This document shows, piece after piece, positions 26,031 to 47,257 of a DNA stretch of 64,000 nucleotides; positions within the stretch are counted from its first letter, which is position 1; each line of letters begins with the position of its first letter. A program made the position numbers and the translations under genes. Source of the DNA: Paragordius varius (Eukaryota; Animalia; Nematomorpha); the NCBI GenBank assembly GCA_964247055.1, contig OZ176054.1, positions 9,238,001-9,302,000 of the forward strand, in the 5' to 3' direction. A model generated the notes under the pieces. That model had not been told where the DNA came from and did not search any database. It saw only the letters and a list, made by a program, of their open reading frames with translations.

Positions 26031-28963
26031 AAGGAAATTTAAATGAGTAGAGCGGAGTCTTTTGATAAAAATATTTGTCTTTATGTTATTAAGTTTTAAC
26101 CGTATAATTTTTGCTGCATTATATGGATTAAGTGGAATAAACGAATGTCAAATTATTGTGCATGGTGTGAGTATAATTATATAATTTATATATATTTAAA
26201 AAAATGGATTCTTCAAACGAACTTCCTATAGGGAAAAATATTTAAAATGATAGTATTTTCCAAAATTTTTTTGCAGGGGGAACGAATCGAAATCAAGGTT
26301 TAGAAAATATGACTAACTTGACTAATCAGCGCATAAAATGTAAAAAAATGTGTTTATTAGCAAATTTAATGACGCTTTCATGTTTTGCTAAGGAAATTTA
26401 TAAAAAATTATATTAGTAGCACTCGAATCGCACCCCTAAAAGTCTTCTAAGATCGGCCCAAAATTATTAATCATTTTTTATATAATTATTTTAATTATCT
26501 ATTTTATTCGCAAATGTGTCAAGCAGCTATAAATTTTTTATCGGTATTTTATGGAGCATCGTCTTTGAGACAGGAGATCACTATTTTTCGCGGCCCTTAA
26601 AATATTTTTGGGGACCACTGATAAATATGATTTATTATTAACCAAATAAAATGCGTACTAGATCTCAGGGGTTGATTATTTTGGGTCCATTCAATGTCCC
26701 AATCTCCAGCTAAATCTTCGCATGAAACATCGTACTCTAAACTCATGATTAGGTTGGTATCTTCATCAACCGTATATTGAGGTTTAAGGGCCTTGGTTAC
26801 AACCAAATTATCGCTTGCAAGTGATGTGAGAGATGTCCGATTTTTTAGAGCTTTAAGAATGTCATCCGGATTGATTTGACTAGTTGAATGGACAATACTG
26901 GAACGTCGAAATGGATGTGTATCAACTGTTTTCCCAATATCTATTTTCAAATATCTTTTCTGTTATACCACGTATTAATCTTGCCACAAAGTGATTTTTA
27001 AAGCATTTAATTGATAAATAATATTTGAATCAATGGTATATCGTAATATTTAACTTATAAATAACTTAATGCTATATGGTTTATTTAAAATCAAACGATA
27101 AACTATTGGTGTGGTTTTCAGTTTTCACATATTTGGGTACAAACACCAATTAAACAAATATACTTATAGTAAAGTCAAACCATTAAAAATATAATAATGA
27201 TAACTTATAAATATATTTGATTTTATATTATAACCTAATAGAATTTAAACCCCTAAAAAAATTAAAAAACCAAATCACAACAATAAATTTTAAATTTGTC
27301 TCTCCTTTTTTGATTTAAGTCAATGACGGACTTTGTTCGAATCTAGCTAGCCGCTTTGGCCGAACACGGATACAGTTACAAAAAACCTTATCATCACTAT
27401 AATTCCCCAAGACGTGCTAAACAAATGGTAAAATTCCCGATTTTTTGGGGTTTAAATCACACTATAACACAACGGACCATGCCATTTTTATTAGGGATAA
27501 GGTAGGTTTGATTGTTTATTATCGCATTTAAATAATTCATAATCGTAAGTCGGACAACTTTTAATGGTCAAAATTTCAAAATTAAAAAATTTGAAAAACT
27601 TAAATTTAAATTCCTGTATTTAACTATTTCGCTTCCATTTTTTGAGATCAAAATCACTAATACAAAAGGCAAATGAATATCGATGTTAAAAAAATTAACA
27701 TTGGAAAGCTTTTAAACTATATTTAAACAGCATACTCATATTTATTGCTTTTTAGTTGTGTCTTTCAATCGTGTTTTCTAGTCTCTATATTAACCGTAAA
27801 AATATAAGCCTTTTTATCTGATACATAAACAGAATTTCTCAAATAAATTTAACAAACCAAAACCAAGAAACTCATAGGTAATTTTTATTCCCAAACATAT
27901 AATTCATAAAGCTTAAAATTGTTCGAGCGTGTATTTGAATTTTAGGGTTAATACTGATTGTTTAAGAATGAATGTAAGGTGGAAATAGTTTGTAATCATT
28001 TTTAGGGTACTATTTGGACTGAAAAATGCAAAATAATATGATTGGCTAACAAGAAAACAGTGTACCTACTTACCTTTACATTCTAATTTGGCAGATTGTT
28101 GAGCATTGCCTTGAGCATTGGATAACACGCATGTATACATGCCACAGTCAGCCTTATACACCGGGTTAATACAGAGGCCTACGACCCCATCTTCCAAAAA
28201 TGTATCATGTCTTGAACCTATCCATAAAACGTTAAATTAGTAATTAGCCAAAAACATTTTACATTTTTTTATTTTGTTAAGGCTTTGTTAACTGGAACGC
28301 ATATTATGATGTACACGTTTAGGCCCAAATCAAATTTTATTTAAATAAAATGGGGATATATGCCAAAAATTTTAAATATTTAATCCGTATATTAAATTAT
28401 ATTAGTTGATGTAACAGGAAAAGCTTTTTAAATAACTAAAAATTTATATATTTATTTTTTTAGGGTTTTCTTAGCTTTTTATTTACTCCAAATTAAAAAA
28501 GCTAAAAAAACGGGGTTTTCTTTTTTTATTCACTCCACCCATTAATTAATTTAGTTTTTGAATTATGCTGCGCCTTTATCAATATTTGTTGAGAACTCTA
28601 AACAACCCCTATAATGAATTGGGTCAATATTTAATAATTAGAAATTATTAGGTTGCCAAAGTTAAATTTATTTAACAATACTTAATAGTATAAAACATTA
28701 ATTATCCCAATTTAACTAAAAAATTAGGTATATATATTATATTTGTTATAATTAGGTAATGCCATTTAAAAATATTGTCGGTTAAATATATGATTACTAA
28801 TTGTAACGGGCTTGTTATTGAGATACCATTCGTATTTGAGCGTTTCATCATCGGCCGGTTCAATCGGACTCTCAAACACGGCACTTTCTTCCTCAATCAA
28901 ATCGTCCAAATCTTCGAACTTTTTCAAAAATTTTGGAGGCGAATTCACTTTGATATTATTCAT
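24190..28963 (-). CDS. Short protein with two kettin/titin-like I-set Ig domains
   Basis: Exons 28963-28798, 28217-28074, 26940-26659, 24869-24705, 24389-24190 splice in phase. Ig1 is PPKFLKKFEDL...FESPIEPADDETLKYEWYLNNKP...SRHDTFLEDGVVGLCI...DCGMYTCVLSNAQG. Ig2 is ...IEWTQNNQPLRS|SSRIEPIFEYGVIGLRI...DAGVYNV. A stop codon lies immediately before the ATG. Confidence 0.8.
25222..25868. mobile_element. hAT-type MITE in an Ig-gene intron
   Basis: TIR TAGGGTTGTGC / GCACAACCCTA with perfect 8-bp TSD ATTGTGAT (25214-25221, 25869-25876). Confidence 0.9.
26440..26620. mobile_element. Partial hAT-type MITE
   Basis: Ends GCGGCCCTTAAAATATTTTTGGGGACCACTG; similar to 46200-46327. Confidence 0.5.
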
Positions 28964-29884
28964 TTATTCCTACATATCATGAAATATATTTTTGTGTTTT
29001 ATAATTTTGTTAAACTATTGTAAGTTCGGGATTAATCTATATGTAACTATAGTCAAAAGGTCTCTTCATCGCTAATATAATGTGTCGCCTACATACATAC
29101 ACAATAAAATCATTAAATTATATTTATCGGGGCCTTGGTAATTTTTGATATTGAAAAGATATAGGAAGTTCCTCTTTTTACAAGCAGTTTGCCTTTTATA
29201 GTTTTTAGAGAGTTTATAAAATAGACTTGAATAAACCATATTTTATTTAGTATTATATCTAAGGTTTATTAAGCTTTTTTCCATAAAATAGTTAAATGTT
29301 TGGATAATTGAAAAAATATATAATAAAAATTATTAGTATATGGTTTACCTTGGGAAGAATAGCATGAAACATAAAAATTTTATCAATTAATTTTTAATAA
29401 AAAATAACGTTACAATTAAAAATTGGAAAAAAATATTTATAATATCTTTTAATGTTCAGTTATATTTTTTACTTTATAATAATTTTATGCTTTATTTTAT
29501 TTTTATTAAAGAAAAAAAACAATAATACACATTTATTATTGCGAATCGATAAATATATTCAATATCAATTCCTATATACTATAAAAATTACGTAGGATAT
29601 CAATTTTCCTTTCACAACAATGTATGTTGTAATATAACTCAGAAATGCCATGGATCAGCAAAATTTTATAAATACGATACGGGATTAAATTAATTGGCAC
29701 TATTAATGAATGCAAATTGATATTATATGCTTGATATGTATACATAAGAACCATCAATCCACCTTTCATTCCAAAAAACTTTTTTAAATATGTCCGGTAA
29801 GAAAAAAAATGTCCAAGTAAAAATGATCGCATATAAATTTGAAGCAAGGAATGTCCCAACTATGTATATTTAAATGGTTTACTA

Positions 29885-30098
29885 CAGTATGCATTTTAAT
29901 GGTTGCTCTCTCACACTATAGTTGGTGGATTTGCAACACAGTAATGTATGGAAAAAAACAATATGTTGAATAATCAATTTTATCCTTTCTCTTTCACTAC
30001 TTTGTTTATATTTTAATATATTTTATTGTTTTTTTTCCATACTCTAATTGAATTGCCATAGTATAGTGTGAAATAAGCAACCATTAAAATGCTTACTG
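29885..30098. mobile_element. Tc1/mariner-type palindromic MITE (CAGTATGCATTTT family)
   Basis: TA|CAGTATGCATTTTAATGGTTGCT ... AGCAACCATTAAAATGCTTACTG|TA. Confidence 0.85.
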
Positions 30099-30979
30099 TA
30101 ATTGAATCATATAAATTAGTAAACTTGCAAATGTCAAATATCTTTTTAAAGTGTTTTAAATAAACACTTGTAACTGGTAATTATGATGAATTAGCCGATT
30201 TAATTTTGAATAGTAATTAATTATTTAAAATTTTTTAAATTTCAATGAGATTTTTAATCTCGTATTTATATTATATTTGCAATTTTTGAGCCAATAATGA
30301 TCAATTATCAAATATTATTTATATTTTTTTTAAAAAAAAGTTTTTTTCGAATAAGAGGGCCAAAATTTTTACCGAAAGGAATTGGGGGCGATAAGTGATC
30401 GATTCACGAAAGATTTATTTGTTAGGTTTTTATACATTTGGTTTTAAAAAATCCTTGAAGAAAAATTAACCTAACGCCATAATGGGGTTTTATCAAATAT
30501 AAATCTACAATCTTACAAACGGGGAACAAGGTGACCCTACCCCTCTGTATATATAAAAATATTGTAAAATTTATTTTAATATTGAATTTTTTTATCAAAA
30601 TATGACGTAGGATTGTAACGTCGTTGTAAAAAAAAGGCGTTTATAATGAGTAAAAGACATAAATTAAAATATAAAAATGGGAATTCAATCACAAAAATAT
30701 TAAATATTTGAGTAAACAATAATAACATGCACAAGGTTTGGCTTTTATATTTCAAATGACTATATATTTTAAATCAGTTACATACTTCAATAAAAATGGT
30801 ATCCCCCAGATATCAAACTTTTTTTTGAATGTAAGATTAAAAATAGTTTAATACCCTTTAGGTTTAATGTCACCCAACTAAAATAAGATAAGCGAAAGTA
30901 TAATAAAATATATAACGCAGATATCCATATAAAATGTCCGTTAAATTTATCGTCTGCATCTTTATTTTATCTGAACGCA

Positions 30980-31706
30980 ATGATTATTATAAATAGTTCC
31001 ATTGATAAAGAACTAATTGATATCCTAAGAAAATTCGGACACTCAATTAAAAGTACAATTTTCTTAATATAGAGTTTCAAATGTCATTGTGGACGGTAGT
31101 GTCCTTTGTTTAAAAGCCAAAAGATCATTTTTAATTTACCCATTGAAATCTATTTATTTTGATGATGGATCCAAAATACATATTACAAAAGAATTTACAG
31201 ATAACGTTGAAAAATTTAATAAGCTGTATAAACATAAAATAATAATTTTATGGGACCCATTGTATGAAAGTCAAGAAAAATTAATCTTTGAGAAAATAAA
31301 TGAAAAGTTAAGAATTCCAGTAAATTTAGCCTCATATATCTTGATATTATATTAGTAAAAGCAGTTTCATTAACCGAAGTGTCGAACATAATTAAAGCAG
31401 CCTTAAATGTTTATATTAAAATTTTAATTTCTTTTAGAATCATAAAGTTGATAATATAGATTGTATAAATCAAAAATTATTCAATGATAACTATAAAATT
31501 CAAATCCTCTCATTTCTTGGGTTGGAGCATGAGCGTATTTTTAAAAGCTTAACCAATTTCTAGATGCTGAATTGCTATTGGATGGTTTAGGATCATTGCA
31601 AAATATTGCTAACGCAAGTATTGATGAATTGGAAAATTGTAGTTTATCGACAAAAACTGCGAAATTTATTTGGGACTTTTTTCATCCATCCGATGATAAG
31701 TCGTAA
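30980..31706 (+). CDS. SPO16: SPO16/C1orf146 (SCRE)-like ERCC1/XPF-family meiotic ZMM protein, 5 exons
   Basis: MIIINSSIDKELIDILRKFGHSIK|ISNVIVDGSVLCLKAKRSFLI...FTDNVEKFNKLYKHKIIIL follows the C1orf146 pattern as I recall it (IIISSSL..HKVRYSDSVENGSIIF..AFLL..KIEKF). C-terminal HhH: H|AELLLDGLGSLQNIANASIDELENCSLSTKTAKFIWDFF. Introns 31053-31074 (22 nt), 31307-31329 (23), 31409-31437 (29), 31535-31563 (29). Confidence 0.82.
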
Positions 31707-31792
31707 TAACCTAACATAAAAAAATATTCATTACTTCGATTTAAGCATTATTTATAAATAAAAATTCGGTGAAATTGGTTTTATTCAATAAT

Positions 31793-32298
31793 TGTTACCC
31801 TTGATTCATTTTAGTCATCCGATTCGAATTCGGGTCTTTGGGGAGCCCAGGCTAAACAATATTTCTAAATATGGTGCAAAAATAAAGCATTGCGAAAGTT
31901 TGCACTCAAATAGCTTTGATGCATCGAATTATATAAAAAGATTAATTAAAAAAACTTGATATTACTTATTTTAAATATGAACCTCAAGGTAAAAATTTAG
32001 TCAACACGACATGTGTGCATTAGTTAACTACAAAAATAATACAAAAGAGTTTTTCTCTTTAAGTTTTAATTTTAGCGTAGAATAAAATAGATATTTTGCA
32101 AAAATGTGGAAAAAAATGGCGTCAAAGTAGTTTGATATGGAACTTTTTTCCAAAACTAAATTTTATTTATTTTGGCATATTTATATAATTTTTATTAGGA
32201 AAAAGCATTTTAAATTTGAACCGTTTCTAACAAAAGTAAAAAAAAATATTAACTTTAATATAGTTTTGGGTCATTAGATCCCAATTTGATTCGAAGTG
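31793..32298. mobile_element. Diverged copy of the TTAA piggyBac-like MITE
   Basis: Colinear with 8675-9250; ends CCCAATTTGATTCGAAGTG. Confidence 0.7.
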
Positions 32299-33249
32299 CA
32301 AAGCGAGATGGTAATGACAATGTTTAAACAAAGGCTCTTAAAAATCGTTTCATACACCTATTGCTTGATAGGAAGTACTATGACTTTTGATTTTTCCATA
32401 TTATGCTGAATATAAAGATGGCGTTTTCCCTCAGGCAGTGTAAATACGATGGTATCAACGTATTTATTCCAATTATTATGTTTATGAAATATAATAATCA
32501 AGTGTTTTCCTTTAAAAATGGACAATAGTGACTTATTTTGTACTATAATAAACTTTTTTTAATTTTTGCAGCATTTCAAAAGTACTGTTTCTGAGCATTT
32601 TGCTCTTTCAATGGCTTCATTTTTGATTTGCGAATATCTGAATTAATTTTTAATACATCATGTGAAACATAGCTTTATTTTATTCCCTTTATTAGGCAAA
32701 GCCACGGTGGAGTTGCATATCAAAAGTACTTTTATCGTTATTCATTAAAAAATAATTTCTTCCCATTCATTTCTTAACAATAAATTTAAGCATATTTCTG
32801 CTCAAATTTTTAATATACTAAAATATAAGAATCCCTGCTATTATTTTTTTGCTAAGTATTATCTAAGGAAATCACCAATGTAAAGTTATAAAATACATTA
32901 GATTAAATAAATTTACTAATAAAATAATAATTTAGCTTAAATAAATATATATTTTTGAAAATTTTAAAACACAATATAAAAAATATAAAATAATTTCGCG
33001 GGGAAAAACTTTATGCCAAAATATTTTTTATAAATTTTCAAGCGGTTACGTTTAGAAATCTCATGGTCACGACGACAGCGGTCGATCGTTTGGCCACCCT
33101 TGATATACACAAGGTATAATTAAATTTTTATTTAAGGAAATAACCGAATAAAACACTCATAACTATATGAAATAACAATTAACAAAATAAATATAACTCT
33201 GAAAGCCAATAATCCACAAAATTTCGCTTTTAGTATATTTTAATATATA

Positions 33250-33995
33250 TATGGAGTCCTGGCGTTTTCGGTTTTGTTTTGCATGTTCCTCTTACTCGTA
33301 TTTATCCATCGCGTTTTAGTCTGCCCTCTTCCCTTCTTACCTCTCACAATATAATTCTCAGAGTAAAAAATCAAACTAAAAAACTGAACAAAAATAAATA
33401 AATAAATTGATGATGGTTTCCCTTAGTATGGATATAAACTCTAGGGCAGTTGAGACAGTTTGGACCATAGCATTCTGTTGTGAGATATCTGTGCAAGTTC
33501 ATGGATTGGATGTGCTATTTTTTAATCTGATCTAAATATCGTTACTTAGGCTACCACTTTTCCTAACCCCTTCAACTGGGCCTATGGTCGCTTTTTCTAA
33601 GCTATCGGCTCTCATCACATTTCAGAAAAAATTAGTTGCAAGGTATGAATTTTCTGAAGTAGGGTCTGTTTGGGTTTAATATGTTCTAGTATTTATCATT
33701 TGTTATCTTTTTTCCTATTGTATGCCGAGCATATATCTAATAAAAGTCCATAACTAAAAGTTTATTTGTTGCAATCGGTTTTTGTAAGTGTTCGGGACTC
33801 ACAGCTATAGTGCATTACTGGAAAAATTATTGATTCTATTACTTGCTTATTAGGACTTTTTTTGTTTTGAGAATGGATTTAAGTTTGAGTGTTTCATTTC
33901 TTGCCATTGCAATTCTCCTGGTAATGTCGGTTGTATAATGTCATTAAAAATAATTGCTCCGAGGTAAGTTATGTTGTTCTTTAATAAATGAAAAA
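33250..33995 (-). mobile_element. Decayed RTE-clade (BovB-like) LINE 3' fragments
   Basis: Minus-strand frames with stops and frameshifts give NNITYLGAIIF, IFPVMHYSCESRTLTKTDCNK and NVMRADSLEKATIGPVEGVRKSG. A second piece at about 33250-33360 gives VRGKKGRGQTKTRWI. These match the RTE ORF C-terminal pattern VFPV..YGCESWT / H.MR.DSLEK..LG..EG.R.RGR..RW. Confidence 0.75.
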
Positions 33996-34666
33996 ATAAT
34001 ATACGCATCTTTACAACTGAGGGATAAAAATTATCATTCGGAATATGTAATACACTTTAAATAAAACAAAAATAATATAAACATAATTAATTATTATAAA
34101 GGTTTCGCGCATTTTTTGAATAAATGTAACTAATAAATATATACAAATGCAGAGATTAAAGTCTCGACAAATAAAGTTAAAACACATCAAAATAAATGCC
34201 CACGTTAATTAATTTAATCCTTTTTTAGAATATAACTCAAATCAACAAAATATTATTCACAATTTTTAATTTACCTGGCCAGGTTCTTACCATATTTTGG
34301 CATGCTCAAGCTTAATTATAATGCTATTTATTAGATGACAATACAATAAAGTGTCTAAACCCTAATTTTTTAATATTGGTCAGATTCTAACTTTTTATTA
34401 AATTAAAACATTTAACCAACTCCAACTCTTTTTCATTTGCCTTCAATGATATAAAAAACTTTGTTAAAAATAAAAATCTATGACAATCAATTGCAATCGA
34501 TAAAAAAAGTGGATTGCGTTGAATCTCGAAATTAATTGAAAATCTGCAGATGCTTATCGAAATATTGCTTAATTCCATACACGAGATAGATAATTGTAAT
34601 AAAAATATTAAATCACCCTTTGTCTAAAAATTTATAATAAATATACATGCATGATATTTATTTAAA

Positions 34667-44550
<9,884 letters not shown>

Positions 44551-44631
44551 TTTTTTAAATAAACCGTATGACGTGTGTTTTTGAATTCCATTCAAATTGA
44601 AGGTAAATTTGGATAAAATTTTAGTTTTTTG

Positions 44632-46092
44632 ATGGAGGCAAAGGTTAAAGATTATGCAAAATATAGAATTCGAGATATTTTATTTACATCGATATCCATA
44701 GTAACTTATTCCTTTGATGTGGTCACTGATGTTCTGCTAGCAGTTAGCTATTACAAAAACAATCAATTTTGGCCTGCTGTTTTAACCATAATCATTGTTC
44801 TCGCCTCATCAATTATAATCAATATATGTTGCATTTGTTGGTTCATAAAAGATAATCATCTCAAAAGATCTACACCTATTTATGTTTGGGCCATTCACAT
44901 TTTATTGATCATTTTGCAATGTGGTCCTATGCTAAATTACGTTTATCTTATTTATTATGCCACTCTTAGCATAAGGGCCGTATCGGTTATTAAGAAAAAA
45001 TTTTACATATCCTTAGCAACTTATTATGATCACGATTCTTCGTTACTCCGAATTTTCGAAACATACATAGAAAGTTTGCCACAACTTATTTTACAAATTT
45101 ACATATTTTTCAAGTGTGATAAGTGCCATCATTTTACATTTTTTCACATTGATTTGGTTTATTTGCAAATCATTTCGATTGGGAGTTCATGGATATCGAT
45201 TGCTTGGAGTATAACTTCGTATTATAGAATTTTGCGTTTCTCCAACCTTTTCAAAATCAATGTTACCATTAAGGCATCTATCGTATATTTTCTGTGGAAG
45301 TTTTTTTCCACAGGGGGTCGTACCATTATATTAGCGCTATTTTCGTTGCATCATGCAAAAACCTTGTTTCTGCTCTTAGCGGCTCATTGGTTTTGTATGA
45401 CCATTTGGATCATATATCAAAAATCTACGTTTTGTAGTGGTGGTGTTGTCGCAAATGGCCCACCACCATCTCAAAATTCTAATCGCAAAACATCGTTTGA
45501 AACAATAACGGAACCTAAAGATAAGTCTCATAAAACCTTTGATAACGGCACTCCATTACCCAAAGAAGAAAAGCCAAAAGGGCGGTTTTGGGATCGCATC
45601 TCTGAATACATGTACGATGCTTTGATAGGTCTCGTCTACATATTTAGTTATATGAATGTTGTTGATGGGAAAACACGTTATAAACTTACAGCATTTTACG
45701 GTGTTATGTTGATCGAAAATTGTACCATGTTAACACTTTGGTATATGCGCGCAACTACTCTAAGCTTGTACGTACGTTTGGGCATAATTATGTTTTGCTT
45801 GGTGGCATTTTGTTTTGATATATTTTTCTTAACGCTTTATTACATGTTTTATCACCCGTTGAGAATGTGTAATAGCATTGCGGGCACAGGGGAAATCCAA
45901 ACACCGCTAACCTCTTTAAACGGACATCAAGAAAAATTTAGCGGTCAAAATTTAACTATTGGTGGACCTAATCATTGTCATTCCCATCTTCAAGCTCCGG
46001 CTAACAGTATATATCCTTTGGTAGATGACCAAGCCCATTGCTGTATAAGGGATGTTAAGGTGCCAAATCTAATGAATACTCATTCACCCTGA
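44632..46092 (+). CDS. XK-related (Xkr/CED-8 family) multi-pass phospholipid scramblase, single coding exon
   Basis: 487-aa ORF with multiple hydrophobic helices and the family motifs YSFDVVTDV, FETYIESLPQLILQIY, SWISIAWSITSY, YFLWK, AHWFCM and IENCTML. Confidence 0.92.
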   Translation: MEAKVKDYAKYRIRDILFTSISIVTYSFDVVTDVLLAVSYYKNNQFWPAVLTIIIVLASSIIINICCICWFIKDNHLKRSTPIYVWAIHILLIILQCGPMLNYVYLIYYATLSIRAVSVIKKKFYISLATYYDHDSSLLRIFETYIESLPQLILQIYIFFKCDKCHHFTFFHIDLVYLQIISIGSSWISIAWSITSYYRILRFSNLFKINVTIKASIVYFLWKFFSTGGRTIILALFSLHHAKTLFLLLAAHWFCMTIWIIYQKSTFCSGGVVANGPPPSQNSNRKTSFETITEPKDKSHKTFDNGTPLPKEEKPKGRFWDRISEYMYDALIGLVYIFSYMNVVDGKTRYKLTAFYGVMLIENCTMLTLWYMRATTLSLYVRLGIIMFCLVAFCFDIFFLTLYYMFYHPLRMCNSIAGTGEIQTPLTSLNGHQEKFSGQNLTIGGPNHCHSHLQAPANSIYPLVDDQAHCCIRDVKVPNLMNTHSP

Positions 46093-46109
46093 TAATAATT
46101 GGTGTGGCT

Positions 46110-46510
46110 AAGTCGTACTCAAACCTCAGCCCAAAGTGTCGCATGCGGCCCTAAAAGTTCCTTTTTATGGCCCAGAAATATTAGTTAAATTTTTTATGCA
46201 CTTTTCTGGGGTATAATAATCTGCAAATGTGTCAAATAGCTATAAAATTTTTTAGCGGTATTATATGGTCGGCCCTTGAGACAAGATAAATATTTTTTGC
46301 TTTATAAATTTTTGGTGAATACCACTGGTTTAGCTAAAGAAAAAAAAATTTTTGAGGAATGCCAAATAATATAATTTTTTGTCTTAAGGACCCTGTGCCC
46401 CATATAATATCAATCAAATAATGTGCAAATATATATACCCTTAACAAATTATTATCACAAAATTTATTGAATAATTCCGGGCTATAAAAAGCACTTTTAG
46501 GCCATAGTTT
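46110..46510. mobile_element. Degenerate or tandem hAT-type MITE remnants just 3' of the XK gene
   Basis: ACTCAAAC..GCATGCGGCCC start; ends GAATACCACTG and TTTGAGTACTCTA, each followed by GTTTAGCT. Confidence 0.4.
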
Positions 46511-46837
46511 GAGTACTCTAGTTTAGCTCTAAAGAATGAGTGTGCTAGCTTTTAATTCATGTTTGATCTCATCAAAAATTATTATATAATCTTCATGGAT
46601 CATTTATACTACATACCCAATGTTTCCGCTTTTAAGTTTCCCATAATTGAGGTCTGCATTTACAAAACCCTTAAACCGCATTTATAGAGAACCTTTTTGA
46701 TAGTTTTGTGATATTTTACCTATTATTTCAAAAACTGAATATATATATATAACAATTGATATTTAAATGTGATGTTGTTAATTTATTTTTATAATTTTTT
46801 TCCTAATCAATTTATATATAAATGTGCTGATGTTAAA

Positions 46838-46884
<47 letters not shown>

Positions 46885-47024
46885 ATAAATTTATGAGAGT
46901 TTTTTCGACTTTTACTATATCCCACGCATTATTGGCTAATTATTTAAAAAAATTGTCCTATTTTGCCATGAGTCATGACATAATTAAGATATTGCATATT
47001 ACTATTTAATGTAGTGCAAGTTTT

Positions 47025-47257
47025 CAGAGGCGTAGCTTGCATTTCTGCGCCCAGAGCATGACTCGTTTCCATCCATGCTTAAGTTCAAATCGTGGTCATG
47101 ACTACACATAACTGGGTGATTTATTATGTATTATCTTAAATAATACCTTTTAATTACCTATTTTTGAAATAAAATTCAAATTTTTTATAATCCAGCGCTC
47201 CTTAAACTATGGCCCCCGATGTTTCAATCCCCCTTTCTCCCTCTAGCTACGCCTCTG
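47025..47257. mobile_element. hAT-type MITE
   Basis: TIR CAGAGGCGTAGC / GCTACGCCTCTG with perfect TSD CAAGTTTT. Second copy at 60235-60456. Confidence 0.9.

Noticed and set aside
29572-29859. 95-aa minus-strand ORF
   Set aside because: No family signal. The plus strand has a stop-interrupted NFFKYVR*EKK reminiscent of LINE pre-RT sequence, too weak to call.
31795-31930. Apparent minus-strand exon (LGSQRPEFESDD*)
   Set aside because: The sequence is the end of the TTAA MITE copy.
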